This document shows positions 18,574 through 26,975 of a stretch of DNA of 64,000 nucleotides, piece after piece. The stretch lies in NCBI GenBank assembly GCA_016219075.1, contig JACRCJ010000286.1, positions 27,528 to 91,527 on the forward strand, given 5' to 3'. Made by a program: the position numbers and the translations under genes. Each line of letters begins with the position of its first letter. The first letter of the stretch is position 1. The notes under the pieces are model-generated. The model saw only the letters and a program-made list of their open reading frames with translations. It searched no databases and was not told where the DNA came from. This DNA comes from Deltaproteobacteria bacterium (GTDB lineage Bacteria; Desulfobacterota; GWC2-55-46).

Positions 18574-20028
18574 ATGAAAAAGATACTCCTTGTATATAAC
18601 GTCTATTCAGATGAGCTCGGGTCGAGCCGCCCGCCGCTCGGCACGGGCTATCTCGCGCAGGCGCTCGAGGACGCGGGGGCCGAGTACGGCGTGGTTGACA
18701 TGAAGCTCGGCTACTCGGAGGAAGACGTCCTGAAAATGATCGAGGAAGGCGGCTATGACTGCGTGGGGACAACTGTCTATACGGTCGGGCACAAGAGGTT
18801 TTTCGGGCTCCTCGGTCTTATAAAGGACAGGTTCCCCTCCATCGAGACCCTTGCGGGGGGGCCGCATGTGACGATAATGGGCAGGAAAATACTGGAAGAG
18901 TACGGGAAGGTCGATTTCGCGTTCGCGGGAGAGTCTGAAGGCTCTCTTATACGGTTCCTTGAAGGCGGGGAACACAGGGATATCCCGGGGCTTATTTACA
19001 GGGATGGAGGGGAGGTCCTCTACCCGGTCCCGTTCACAAGGCCGGAGAATCTCGACGATATCGGATGGCCGAAGTACTCCGGGTTCGAGCTCGACAAATA
19101 CGCAAATGAAATGGGGGTCATCACATCGAGGGGGTGCCCTTACTCCTGCATCTTCTGCTCGGTCGGGCTCACGCTCGGCAAGAAGATAAGGACCCGCTCG
19201 ATAGAAAAGATAGGCGATGAGCTTGAGTACTGGTACTCGAAAGGCAGGAGGATTTTCAACTTCCTCGACGACAACTTCACCTTCTACAGCGAAAGGGTCT
19301 TCGCGCTTTGCGGCGAGATAGAGAAAAGAGGGCTCAAGGACCTGACACTGAGGGCGTCAAACGGCATAAGGGCCGACAAGATAAACAGGGAGATGCTCCT
19401 CAGGATGAAGGAGGCCGGGTTCAAAAGTTTCGGCATCGGCGTCGAGGCGGGGAACAACAAGGTGCTCAAGACGTTAAAGAAGGGCGAGACCATCGAGCAG
19501 ATAGAGGGCGCGATAAAGATGAGCTGCGAGCTGGGGTTCGAGGTATCGCTCTTTTTCGTCTACGGGGCCCCAGGGGAGACGGCCGAGGACATAGAGGACT
19601 CCATAAGGATTGCCGGGAAATATCCCGTCTTCAAGGCTGACTTCTACAACCTCATGCCGTTCCCGGGCACGGCCCTCTGGGACTGGGTCGAGGACAATAA
19701 CGCCTGGACGGACGAGCCCCTTGAGCTGCTGAACAGCATGGACAAGAACCTCAGGTTCTCTAAAAAGACCGGCAGGCCCTTTTTCGTCACAAGCGAGCTC
19801 AACGAGGAAGACAGGCAGAAGCTCGCCGGGAAGCTGCGGAAGGCGACTCTGCATATCCAGAGGAAGGGGATTGAAAAGGTCTTCGCAAGGTTCGGGGTAT
19901 TGAAATACCCGGCCGGTTATATCGGCTCTACAATGGTCTTCCAGCGGCTTTTTTTCAATAACAACAGGCTCAGGAAATTATCCGACAGGGTACGCTTTCA
20001 CTCAAAACCAAGGACAAAAGTAGATTAA
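18574..20028 (+). CDS. B12-binding domain radical SAM protein paralog 4
   Basis: MKKILLVYNV... B12-binding domain. ITSRGCPYSCIFCSV (CxxxCxxC). AAAGGATAAAACC RBS region before the ATG. Confidence 0.8.
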   Translation: MKKILLVYNVYSDELGSSRPPLGTGYLAQALEDAGAEYGVVDMKLGYSEEDVLKMIEEGGYDCVGTTVYTVGHKRFFGLLGLIKDRFPSIETLAGGPHVTIMGRKILEEYGKVDFAFAGESEGSLIRFLEGGEHRDIPGLIYRDGGEVLYPVPFTRPENLDDIGWPKYSGFELDKYANEMGVITSRGCPYSCIFCSVGLTLGKKIRTRSIEKIGDELEYWYSKGRRIFNFLDDNFTFYSERVFALCGEIEKRGLKDLTLRASNGIRADKINREMLLRMKEAGFKSFGIGVEAGNNKVLKTLKKGETIEQIEGAIKMSCELGFEVSLFFVYGAPGETAEDIEDSIRIAGKYPVFKADFYNLMPFPGTALWDWVEDNNAWTDEPLELLNSMDKNLRFSKKTGRPFFVTSELNEEDRQKLAGKLRKATLHIQRKGIEKVFARFGVLKYPAGYIGSTMVFQRLFFNNNRLRKLSDRVRFHSKPRTKVD

Positions 20029-20039
20029 GGGGGCGAATT

Positions 20040-21485
20040 ATGAAGATACTCATGCTCAACCCGCCGTTCCTTCCGAGGTTCTCAAGGTTCTCGCGGAGCC
20101 CCGCCGTGACAAGGAGCGGCACCATCTATTACCCGCTCTGGCACGCGTACGCCACGGGACTCCTTGAAAGGGAGGGGCACAGGGTGATGCTCCTTGACGC
20201 GCCTGCCGAGGGGCTTGGCGCGGACGAGTGCTACAGGATAGCGAAGGGGTTCTCGCCGGATATTACGGTGGTCTACACCTCAACGCCGTCCATCTACAAT
20301 GACGTAGAGATAGCCGGAGGTATTAAGGATATCCAGCCGAAGGGCGTTATTGTGCTCACCGGCCCCCATGTATCCGCCCTGCCTGAAGAATCCCTTGAGC
20401 TGGATAAAAGGGTCGATATCGTAGCGAGGGGCGAGTACGACCTTACAATAGCCGGGATAGCGAAGGCCATTGAAGAGGGCGAAGGCCTCGAATCGGTCAA
20501 AGGGATCACCTGGAGGTCGTCTTCGGGGATAACCTCAAACCCCGGCAGGGCCTTTATCGAGGACCTTGACTCGTTGCCTTTCGTATCGATGGTCTATAAA
20601 AAACACCTGAAGGTAGAGAACTACTTCTACGCGCACTGCAGGTACCCGGCCGTGTCGATATTCACGAGCAGGGGGTGCAACGCGCAGTGCTCCTACTGCG
20701 TCTATCCCCAGCAGATGTTCGGCAGGAAGCAGAGGCAGAGGAGCCCGGAGAGCATCGTAGCCGAGTTCGAATACATCGAAAAGGAACTGCCTCGGGTGAA
20801 AGAGGTCCTGATAGACGACGACACGTTCTCTTCCGACCAGTCGCATACGATGCAGTTCTGCGAGCTGATGATAAAAAAGGGGATAAGGGTGCCGTGGACA
20901 GCCGAGTGCAGGGCGAACCTGAAGTACGAGACGATGGCCATGATGAAACGCGCGGGTTGCAGGCTTATCGTCGTGGGCTTCGAGAGCGCGGACAACACGG
21001 TCCTTAAGAACATGAAGAAGGGCCTGAGCATCGATAGGATGAGGCTTTTCGCGTTCGAGGCCAGGAGGGCCGGGATCATGCTCCACGCCTGCTTCATGGC
21101 GGGCAACAAGGGGGACACCATCGGGACCCTCATGGAGTCCCTCCGGTTCGCCAGGGAAGTGAACGCCGATACGTGCCAGTTCTTCCCGCTCATGGTCTAC
21201 CCCGGCACCGAGAGCTACGATTGGGCGAAAAAGAGCGGGTATCTGAAGGAAAAGGACTTTAGCAGGTGGCTTACCCCGGACGGGCTGCATAACTGCGTGG
21301 TTTCCACGCCGGAATTGAGCGCAAAGGACGCGGTGGATTTCTGCGGCTACGCGAGGAGGAAGTATTACCTGGGGCCGGGGTACCTGAGCAGGAAGCTCCT
21401 CCAAATGATAAAGAGCCCCGGGGAGCTTAAAAAGACCGTGAAGTCCGCGAAGACCTTCGCGAAATACCTTCTGAAGGCGAATTGA
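20040..21485 (+). CDS. B12-binding domain radical SAM protein paralog 5
   Basis: MKILMLNPPF... B12-binding domain. FTSRGCNAQCSYCVYP (CxxxCxxC). AAGGGGG RBS. 11 nt after paralog 4. Confidence 0.8.
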   Translation: MKILMLNPPFLPRFSRFSRSPAVTRSGTIYYPLWHAYATGLLEREGHRVMLLDAPAEGLGADECYRIAKGFSPDITVVYTSTPSIYNDVEIAGGIKDIQPKGVIVLTGPHVSALPEESLELDKRVDIVARGEYDLTIAGIAKAIEEGEGLESVKGITWRSSSGITSNPGRAFIEDLDSLPFVSMVYKKHLKVENYFYAHCRYPAVSIFTSRGCNAQCSYCVYPQQMFGRKQRQRSPESIVAEFEYIEKELPRVKEVLIDDDTFSSDQSHTMQFCELMIKKGIRVPWTAECRANLKYETMAMMKRAGCRLIVVGFESADNTVLKNMKKGLSIDRMRLFAFEARRAGIMLHACFMAGNKGDTIGTLMESLRFAREVNADTCQFFPLMVYPGTESYDWAKKSGYLKEKDFSRWLTPDGLHNCVVSTPELSAKDAVDFCGYARRKYYLGPGYLSRKLLQMIKSPGELKKTVKSAKTFAKYLLKAN

Positions 21486-21491
21486 AAGGAG

Positions 21492-22658
21492 ATGGTGATG
21501 TTCCTGGAGGCCGCTTTCTGGTCAGGCGTCATTGTCATACTTTACTCTTACATCGGGTACCCGGCGCTGCTGTTACTGCTGAACAGGCTCATCCCTGCTG
21601 ACAAGCCTTTGGCGGAGAACTCAAGACTGCCGAAGGTAAGCCTCGTAATAGCGGCCTACAACGAGGAGAAGGTGATAGACGACAAGATCAGGAACTCACT
21701 CGAAATAGATTACCCTGAAGGGCTTTTCGAGGTCTGGGTCGCGTCGGACGGCTCTGACGACGGGACGAACGGGATAGTCAGGAAATGGGCAGGGAAGGAC
21801 GGGAGGGTGCGCTTGCTTGAGCTTCCGAGGTCCGGCAAATCCGAGGCCATAAACAGGGCGATGGAGCGGATCAGCGGGGAGATAGCGGTTTTTTCCGACG
21901 CTAACACAGTCTATTCGCCGGATTCGATAAAAAGGCTCGTGAGACGTTTCAACGACCCGAGGGCCGGGTGCGTCTGCGGCAGGCTCGTATACAGGAACAC
22001 GGGGCGCGCCGCCAGCGGCAGGGGAGAGGGGCTTTACTGGAGGTATGAGACCTTCTTGAAGGTGCTGGAGAGCAGGCTCGGCTTCATCGCCGGGGCGAAC
22101 GGCGCGATCTACGCGATAAGGAAAGGGCTCTTCGAGCCCCTTGCGCGCGGGACTATAAACGACGACCTCGTCATCTCGATGCGCATTGTAAGGAAGGGCT
22201 GCAGGAGCGTATACGAGGATAAGGCCGTGGCCTACGAGGACGTAGCGCCCACGGTCGGAAGCGAGTTCAGGCGCCATGTGAGGGACGGCGCCGGCCATTA
22301 CCTGGCGGCCGTCCACCTGATAGGGCTACTTAACCCGTTCCTCGGCACAAGGTCGCTTATTTACCTCTCGCACAGGGTCCTGCGGTGGGGCGCGCCGTTT
22401 TTGATGATAGCGATGCTCTTTGCCAACATAGCGCTCAAGGGTGAGCCTTTCTACGCGTTATTGCTCATCCCGCACATCGGGTTTTATCTGCTGGCGTTTG
22501 CGGGGTTTTTCGTAATAAAGACCTTGCCGTGGCCGCTCCCGTTCTTCGTCTACGGGCCGTTTTACTTCTGCAACCTGAACCTCGCGCTCTTTTTCGGGTT
22601 CCTCAAGGCATTGACGGGCTCTCAGGGCGCCGCATGGGAAAGGACGGAGAGGGCATGA
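21492..22658 (+). CDS. integral-membrane GT2 family glycosyltransferase (PgaC/HmsR-like synthase architecture)
   Basis: N-terminal TM. VSLVIAAYNEEKVI...VASDGSDDGT...FSDANT (DxD-type). C-terminal multi-TM region. Confidence 0.7.
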   Translation: MVMFLEAAFWSGVIVILYSYIGYPALLLLLNRLIPADKPLAENSRLPKVSLVIAAYNEEKVIDDKIRNSLEIDYPEGLFEVWVASDGSDDGTNGIVRKWAGKDGRVRLLELPRSGKSEAINRAMERISGEIAVFSDANTVYSPDSIKRLVRRFNDPRAGCVCGRLVYRNTGRAASGRGEGLYWRYETFLKVLESRLGFIAGANGAIYAIRKGLFEPLARGTINDDLVISMRIVRKGCRSVYEDKAVAYEDVAPTVGSEFRRHVRDGAGHYLAAVHLIGLLNPFLGTRSLIYLSHRVLRWGAPFLMIAMLFANIALKGEPFYALLLIPHIGFYLLAFAGFFVIKTLPWPLPFFVYGPFYFCNLNLALFFGFLKALTGSQGAAWERTERA

Positions 22659-23617
22659 ACGATAAGGTCATTTTAAGCGCCTCAATCGGCTTTATAGCGG
22701 GGCTTTTTGGGGCGCTCCTTATAAGGGGCTGCGGAAAGGCCCTGCTCGATATGCCGAACGGGAGGAGCTCCCATTCCGTGCCGACACCGAGGGGAGGCGG
22801 TATTGGGATCGTGATCGGGTTCGTCATAGTATCAGCGTTTATCGTAAACGACTTTACCGGGGCCGCGATAGGCGCGGGGATAGGGGTGCTGGGGGTTTTA
22901 GAGGACCGGTTCGGGCTCCCTATCGGACTACGGCTGGCCCTCCAGCTCATGGGCGCGCTCACGGCTGTTTTGATAGCAGGGGCCTCGGCGACGACGGCCC
23001 TGTTCTGGGCCGTCGTTACAGCCGGGACTGCGAACTTCTACAACTTCCTCGACGGCATCGACGGGATAGCCGGGCTTACAGGGGCCGTAAGCTTTTCCCT
23101 GCTCGCCTTTTTTTCTTTCTTTATCGCGGGGAACGCCTCCATCGGCGCGCTCTCGACAGCGCTTGCCGCCGGGTGCATCGGGTTCCTGCCGCTCAACTTC
23201 CCCAGGGCGAAGGTCTTCATGGGGGATGCCGGGAGCATCTTTCTCGGGTTCGAGTTCGCCCTGTCAACGCACAGCCTCGCGGACTCTCTTAAGAGCCTGC
23301 TCTGCCTCGGGATGTTCCTGTGCGTCTTTTACGCCGACGCGCTCGTTACGTTATTTTACAGGTGGAGGAACGGCGAAGACCTGGCCTCTCCCCACAGGGG
23401 GCACCTCTACCAGTATCTGTGCAACGGGCTCGGGTATTCGCACAGGACGGTGTCGGAGTTATACGCCGCGGTCCAGCTTCTCTTCGGGGTGCTCGCGATA
23501 TTGGCGTACTACAGGTCGGTTGTCTGGCAGGCCGCGGTAATAATCGCATTCTCGGCGTCGTTCATAATAGCCTACAGGTCGATAAAGGGTCTGGACCCGC
23601 TCGGGCAGATATACTGA
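22656..23617 (+). CDS. polyprenyl-phosphate N-acetylhexosamine-1-phosphate transferase (WecA/MraY family GT4) - pathway-initiating enzyme
   Basis: LDMPNGRSSHSVPTPRGGGIGIV is the WecA/MraY signature. NFLDGIDG (D-D-x-x-D-like). Multi-TM. Start at the ATG at 22656 (ATGA overlap with upstream stop). The track ORF start at 22529 is an upstream extension. Confidence 0.75.
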
Positions 23618-23811
23618 ATGGGCTTGGCCGGAGTGAATCCGTCCAAGTCTCACAAATTGCCCGGCTTTTTTAAGCCTCGCATTTGGCAATCCTTCCATGG
23701 ATTGCTTGGCAGGCTGTTTTTCAACAGCCTGCTAACCTTCAGCTTTGAAGGACACCTCGACTAAAAAAAGCAGCGCGTAACCATTCATCTCTGAAAAAAG
23801 AAGAGAGAGAG

Positions 23812-25854
23812 ATGAAAAAAATAATTTCAAGGCTCCTCCATCCGACATACATCAAGAGGACCGCGTTCTTCTTCATCTTCGACATCGTTATAATAGCGTT
23901 TTCACTCTACTTCTCCTTCCTCGTCCGGTTCGATTTCGACCTCACGGACGAATACAGGAGGCTCGCCGTGGACGCGATACCGATATTCATACTGGTGAAA
24001 TTGAGCGTCTTTTCGGCCTTCAGGCTTAGCAGGATAACATGGAAGTACGTGGGTCTCCGCGACCTTATCAACATCAGCGCCGCGCTCCTCGCCTCCGAGG
24101 CGGTATTGGCCCTCATAATACTCTTCCCGCCCGCCGGATGGGCCTACTTCTCGTCGTTCATCCCGGATATAAAGGCGCTCGGGTTCCCGCGGAGCATCTT
24201 TATTATCGATGCCGCCAATTCGCTCCTGCTCCTTTTGACGCTCAGGGTCTCCAAGAGGCTTTACGTCGAGTTCCTCCACGGGAACGGGAGCAACAGGAAC
24301 GGCCTGAAGACCGTCATCATAGGCGCGGGGAACGCCGGGGAGATGATCCTCCGGGACATGTCGCGCCATAACGGCTCCGGGTTCAGCCCGGCTGGCTTTC
24401 TCGACGACGACAGGACGAAGATCGGCACGTACATACACGGGGTAAAGGTCCTGGGCGCCACGGATATGCTGAGGGACGTCGTCCTCAAGAAGGGGATAAA
24501 GGCGATGATCATAGCGATACCGTCACTGAACCAGAAGACCCTGAGGAACATCTATGATTCCGCGCGCGACACCGGCGTGGAGACTATCAAGATAGTTCCC
24601 CGGATATATGACTACGACAGGCCCGAGGTGAACCTGAAGAGCCTCGAAACCATCAGCATAGAGGACATCCTCGGCAGGAGGGTCGTAGAGGTAGACTACG
24701 GGGAGATAAGGAAGTTCCTCAAGGACAAAGTCGTGCTCGTCACCGGGGCAGGCGGCTCCATAGGCTCCGAGATAGCCGTGCAGGCGCTCGGCTGCGGGCC
24801 CTCACAGCTCATCCTCTTCGACATAGACGAAACCGAGCTGCATAACATGGAGATAAGGCTCAAGAGGACGTTCCCGCACCTGTTCAGGCAGGGTGGGAAC
24901 GGAAAAGACCGTCCGAAGAAGGCAAATCACGAGAGGGTATCCTTTGTCGTTGGCGACGTCAGGGACATGGACAGGGTCGATTCGGTGCTGTCGGAATACA
25001 GGCCGCAGGTCGTCTTCCACGCAGCCGCCTACAAGCACGTGCCCATGATGGAGCATAACCCTGACGAGGCCGTCAAGGTGAATGTCTTCGGCGCGCACAG
25101 GATGGCGTCGGCATCGGTCAGGCACGGGGTCGGGAAGTTCATCATGATATCGACCGACAAGGCCGTGAGGCCGACGAGCGTAATGGGGGCCACGAAGAGG
25201 ATAGCCGAGTACGTCTGCAAGGCATACAACGGAGAAGGGGGGACCGAGTTCGTCTCGGTCAGGTTCGGCAACGTGCTCGGGAGCCGCGGCAGCGTCCTGC
25301 CGCTGTTCCTGGAGCAGTTGAAGGCCGGCGGCCCCATAACGGTCACGCACAGGGACATGAAAAGGTACTTCATGACAATACCCGAGGCGGTATCCCTCGT
25401 GCTGCAGGCCGGCGCGATAGGCCGCGGCGGGGACGTCCTCGTCCTCGACATGGGGGACCCCGTAAGGATAGTCGAGCTGGCCGAGGAGCTGATACGGATC
25501 CACGGCCTCGAGCCCCATAAGGACATAGACATCGAGTTCGTGCATATGAGGCCCGGCGAAAAGCTTTTTGAAGAAATACTGACGGCAGAGGAAGGGACGA
25601 CCGCGAGCAGGCATAAGCAGATTTTCATAGCTCGGGAATCCCGCAGGCACTCGAGGCTCGAGATAGAGAAGATACTGAAAGAGTTCGAGTCCCGGCTGGA
25701 CAACGGGCGCGGCGGGGTGAGGGAGCTGCTTAAGAAGCATGTGGTCCATTACGAGGCTGATGGCAGGGAAGCAACCGGGGAAACCGGCGCGCGGTCCATC
25801 CACGCGCCGGAACCGAATAGAGAGGAGGCAGCTGGATATGCAGGCGGACAATGA
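23812..25854 (+). CDS. membrane-anchored NDP-sugar 4,6-dehydratase/epimerase (WbpM/CapD/PglF family)
   Basis: Four N-terminal TM helices, then IIGAGNAGEM and VTGAGGSIGSE Rossmann motifs, YKHVPMME, and an extended SDR fold. 680 aa as in WbpM/PglF. Strong AAGAAGAGAGAGAG RBS. Confidence 0.8.
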   Translation: MKKIISRLLHPTYIKRTAFFFIFDIVIIAFSLYFSFLVRFDFDLTDEYRRLAVDAIPIFILVKLSVFSAFRLSRITWKYVGLRDLINISAALLASEAVLALIILFPPAGWAYFSSFIPDIKALGFPRSIFIIDAANSLLLLLTLRVSKRLYVEFLHGNGSNRNGLKTVIIGAGNAGEMILRDMSRHNGSGFSPAGFLDDDRTKIGTYIHGVKVLGATDMLRDVVLKKGIKAMIIAIPSLNQKTLRNIYDSARDTGVETIKIVPRIYDYDRPEVNLKSLETISIEDILGRRVVEVDYGEIRKFLKDKVVLVTGAGGSIGSEIAVQALGCGPSQLILFDIDETELHNMEIRLKRTFPHLFRQGGNGKDRPKKANHERVSFVVGDVRDMDRVDSVLSEYRPQVVFHAAAYKHVPMMEHNPDEAVKVNVFGAHRMASASVRHGVGKFIMISTDKAVRPTSVMGATKRIAEYVCKAYNGEGGTEFVSVRFGNVLGSRGSVLPLFLEQLKAGGPITVTHRDMKRYFMTIPEAVSLVLQAGAIGRGGDVLVLDMGDPVRIVELAEELIRIHGLEPHKDIDIEFVHMRPGEKLFEEILTAEEGTTASRHKQIFIARESRRHSRLEIEKILKEFESRLDNGRGGVRELLKKHVVHYEADGREATGETGARSIHAPEPNREEAAGYAGGQ

Positions 25855-26851
25855 GATAAATCTCCTCGACGCATTGCGCGTAGTATGGAGGAGGAGGGCC
25901 TTCATAGTGTTATTTACTTTTGCCTGCGCGCTCGGAGCGGCGATAATCACGCTTTTCATGACTGACCTTTACAGGGCCTCGGCGATACTCACGCCGGTAA
26001 ACGGCAAGGAAAAGATCGGAGGGGAGCTGTCGTTGATAGCCCAGCAGATAGGGGGGCTGTCGGGCATAACACTGCCCTCGTCCGGGTCGTCGTCCGAGAT
26101 AATAAGCCTGCTTAACTCCAACATACTCAAAGAGAAGGTAATCAAGGACTACGACCTCCTGCCCGTGCTTTTTCCAGAACAGTGGGACAGGGAGAAGAAG
26201 GCATGGAAGACCCCGGATAAATCTTTTTTCAGGCTCCCGGCGATATCCGGCCTCCTTACAGGCTTATTCAGACCGGCTGAAAGTCCGGCCAATGCGCAGG
26301 GCCCGACTGTCTGGGACGGGATAAGAAGGCTCGGCGAGATGACAAAAGTGAGTGCGAGCGCCAAGGACAATACGATAACTCTTATGATCGAGTTCCACGA
26401 CCCGGAGCTCGCCGCGAAACTGACGGAGCGCTTTTTGACGGCCCTGACAATGCACATGAGCGGCGAGGCCAAGAGGGTCGCCGAGGTGAACAGGAGATAC
26501 CTCGTCGAGCAGTTAGGCAATTCGACCGACCCGATAATCAGGCAGAAGATATACAATCTCATAGCGCAGCAGGTGGAGGTGTTCATGATGTCCGAGGTAA
26601 AAGAGAACTTCGCCTTCAAGGTCATAGACCCGCCGAGGGCCGCTGACAGGAGGGTATGGCCGAGGAGGTCCTCCATCGTGGAGCTCGCCTTTGCCGCTGC
26701 TTTCCTCGCGGCGTCATTCGGCGCTTTCGCAATCGATTACGTCCAAAATCGTCTGAGGAAGGATGGAGGGCGCTGTTGCGTGGAGGCGTCTGAAGGCCGC
26801 GAAAGCAATGAATTGAAGTATACCGGGAGGGATGCGGATGAACACACATAG
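25838..26851 (+). CDS. Wzz-like polysaccharide chain-length determinant (PCP, no kinase domain)
   Basis: N-terminal TM (AFIVLFTFACALGAAIITLF) after LLDALRVVWRRR and a C-terminal TM. AGAGGAGG RBS upstream of the ATG at 25838. The track ORF from 25739 is an extension overlapping wbpM. Confidence 0.65.
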   Translation: MQADNEINLLDALRVVWRRRAFIVLFTFACALGAAIITLFMTDLYRASAILTPVNGKEKIGGELSLIAQQIGGLSGITLPSSGSSSEIISLLNSNILKEKVIKDYDLLPVLFPEQWDREKKAWKTPDKSFFRLPAISGLLTGLFRPAESPANAQGPTVWDGIRRLGEMTKVSASAKDNTITLMIEFHDPELAAKLTERFLTALTMHMSGEAKRVAEVNRRYLVEQLGNSTDPIIRQKIYNLIAQQVEVFMMSEVKENFAFKVIDPPRAADRRVWPRRSSIVELAFAAAFLAASFGAFAIDYVQNRLRKDGGRCCVEASEGRESNELKYTGRDADEHT

Positions 26852-26957
26852 CGAGCGCATCTCCCGCTGCTTGCGGCGGGGTTCAGCGAGCGAATCGAAA
26901 TCGAAATTTCCTTATGTGTCGAAGATTCCCCGAAGAAAAGCTGCGGAGAGATTCAAC
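26840..26957 (+). repeat. ~118-nt intergenic repeat element, copy 1 (contains CCCCGCTG-CTTG-CGGCGGGG hairpin)
   Basis: Direct match (~88% identity by eye) to 51785-51898: GAACAC.CA.AGCGAGCGCAT.YCCCGCTG.TTGCGGCGGGGTT.AGCGAGCGAATCGAA...GTGTCGAAGATTCCCCG...GCTGCGG.GAGATTCAA. Confidence 0.8.
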
Positions 26958-26975
26958 AGGGTTTTCAGGGTATTG

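Noticed and set aside
22529-22655. Upstream extensions of track ORFs for the wecA-like (22529), wzz-like (25739), response regulator (48991), pilN (55631), pilX-like (61680) and ExeA-like (58361) genes
   Set aside because: Internal ATGs that coincide with upstream stop codons (ATGA or TAATG coupling), RBS motifs, or canonical N-terminal family motifs (MYEKFFYLKENPF, MIKGINLIPDE) give better-supported starts. The extensions overlap upstream genes.
26832-26975. Track ORF start for the Wza-like gene at 26832 (MRMNTHSERISRCLRRGSASESKSKFPYV...)
   Set aside because: This 48-codon extension lies entirely within the repeated noncoding element also found at 51785-51898. The ATG at 26976 begins a proper signal peptide (MCLFLIHLLAGVSRA).
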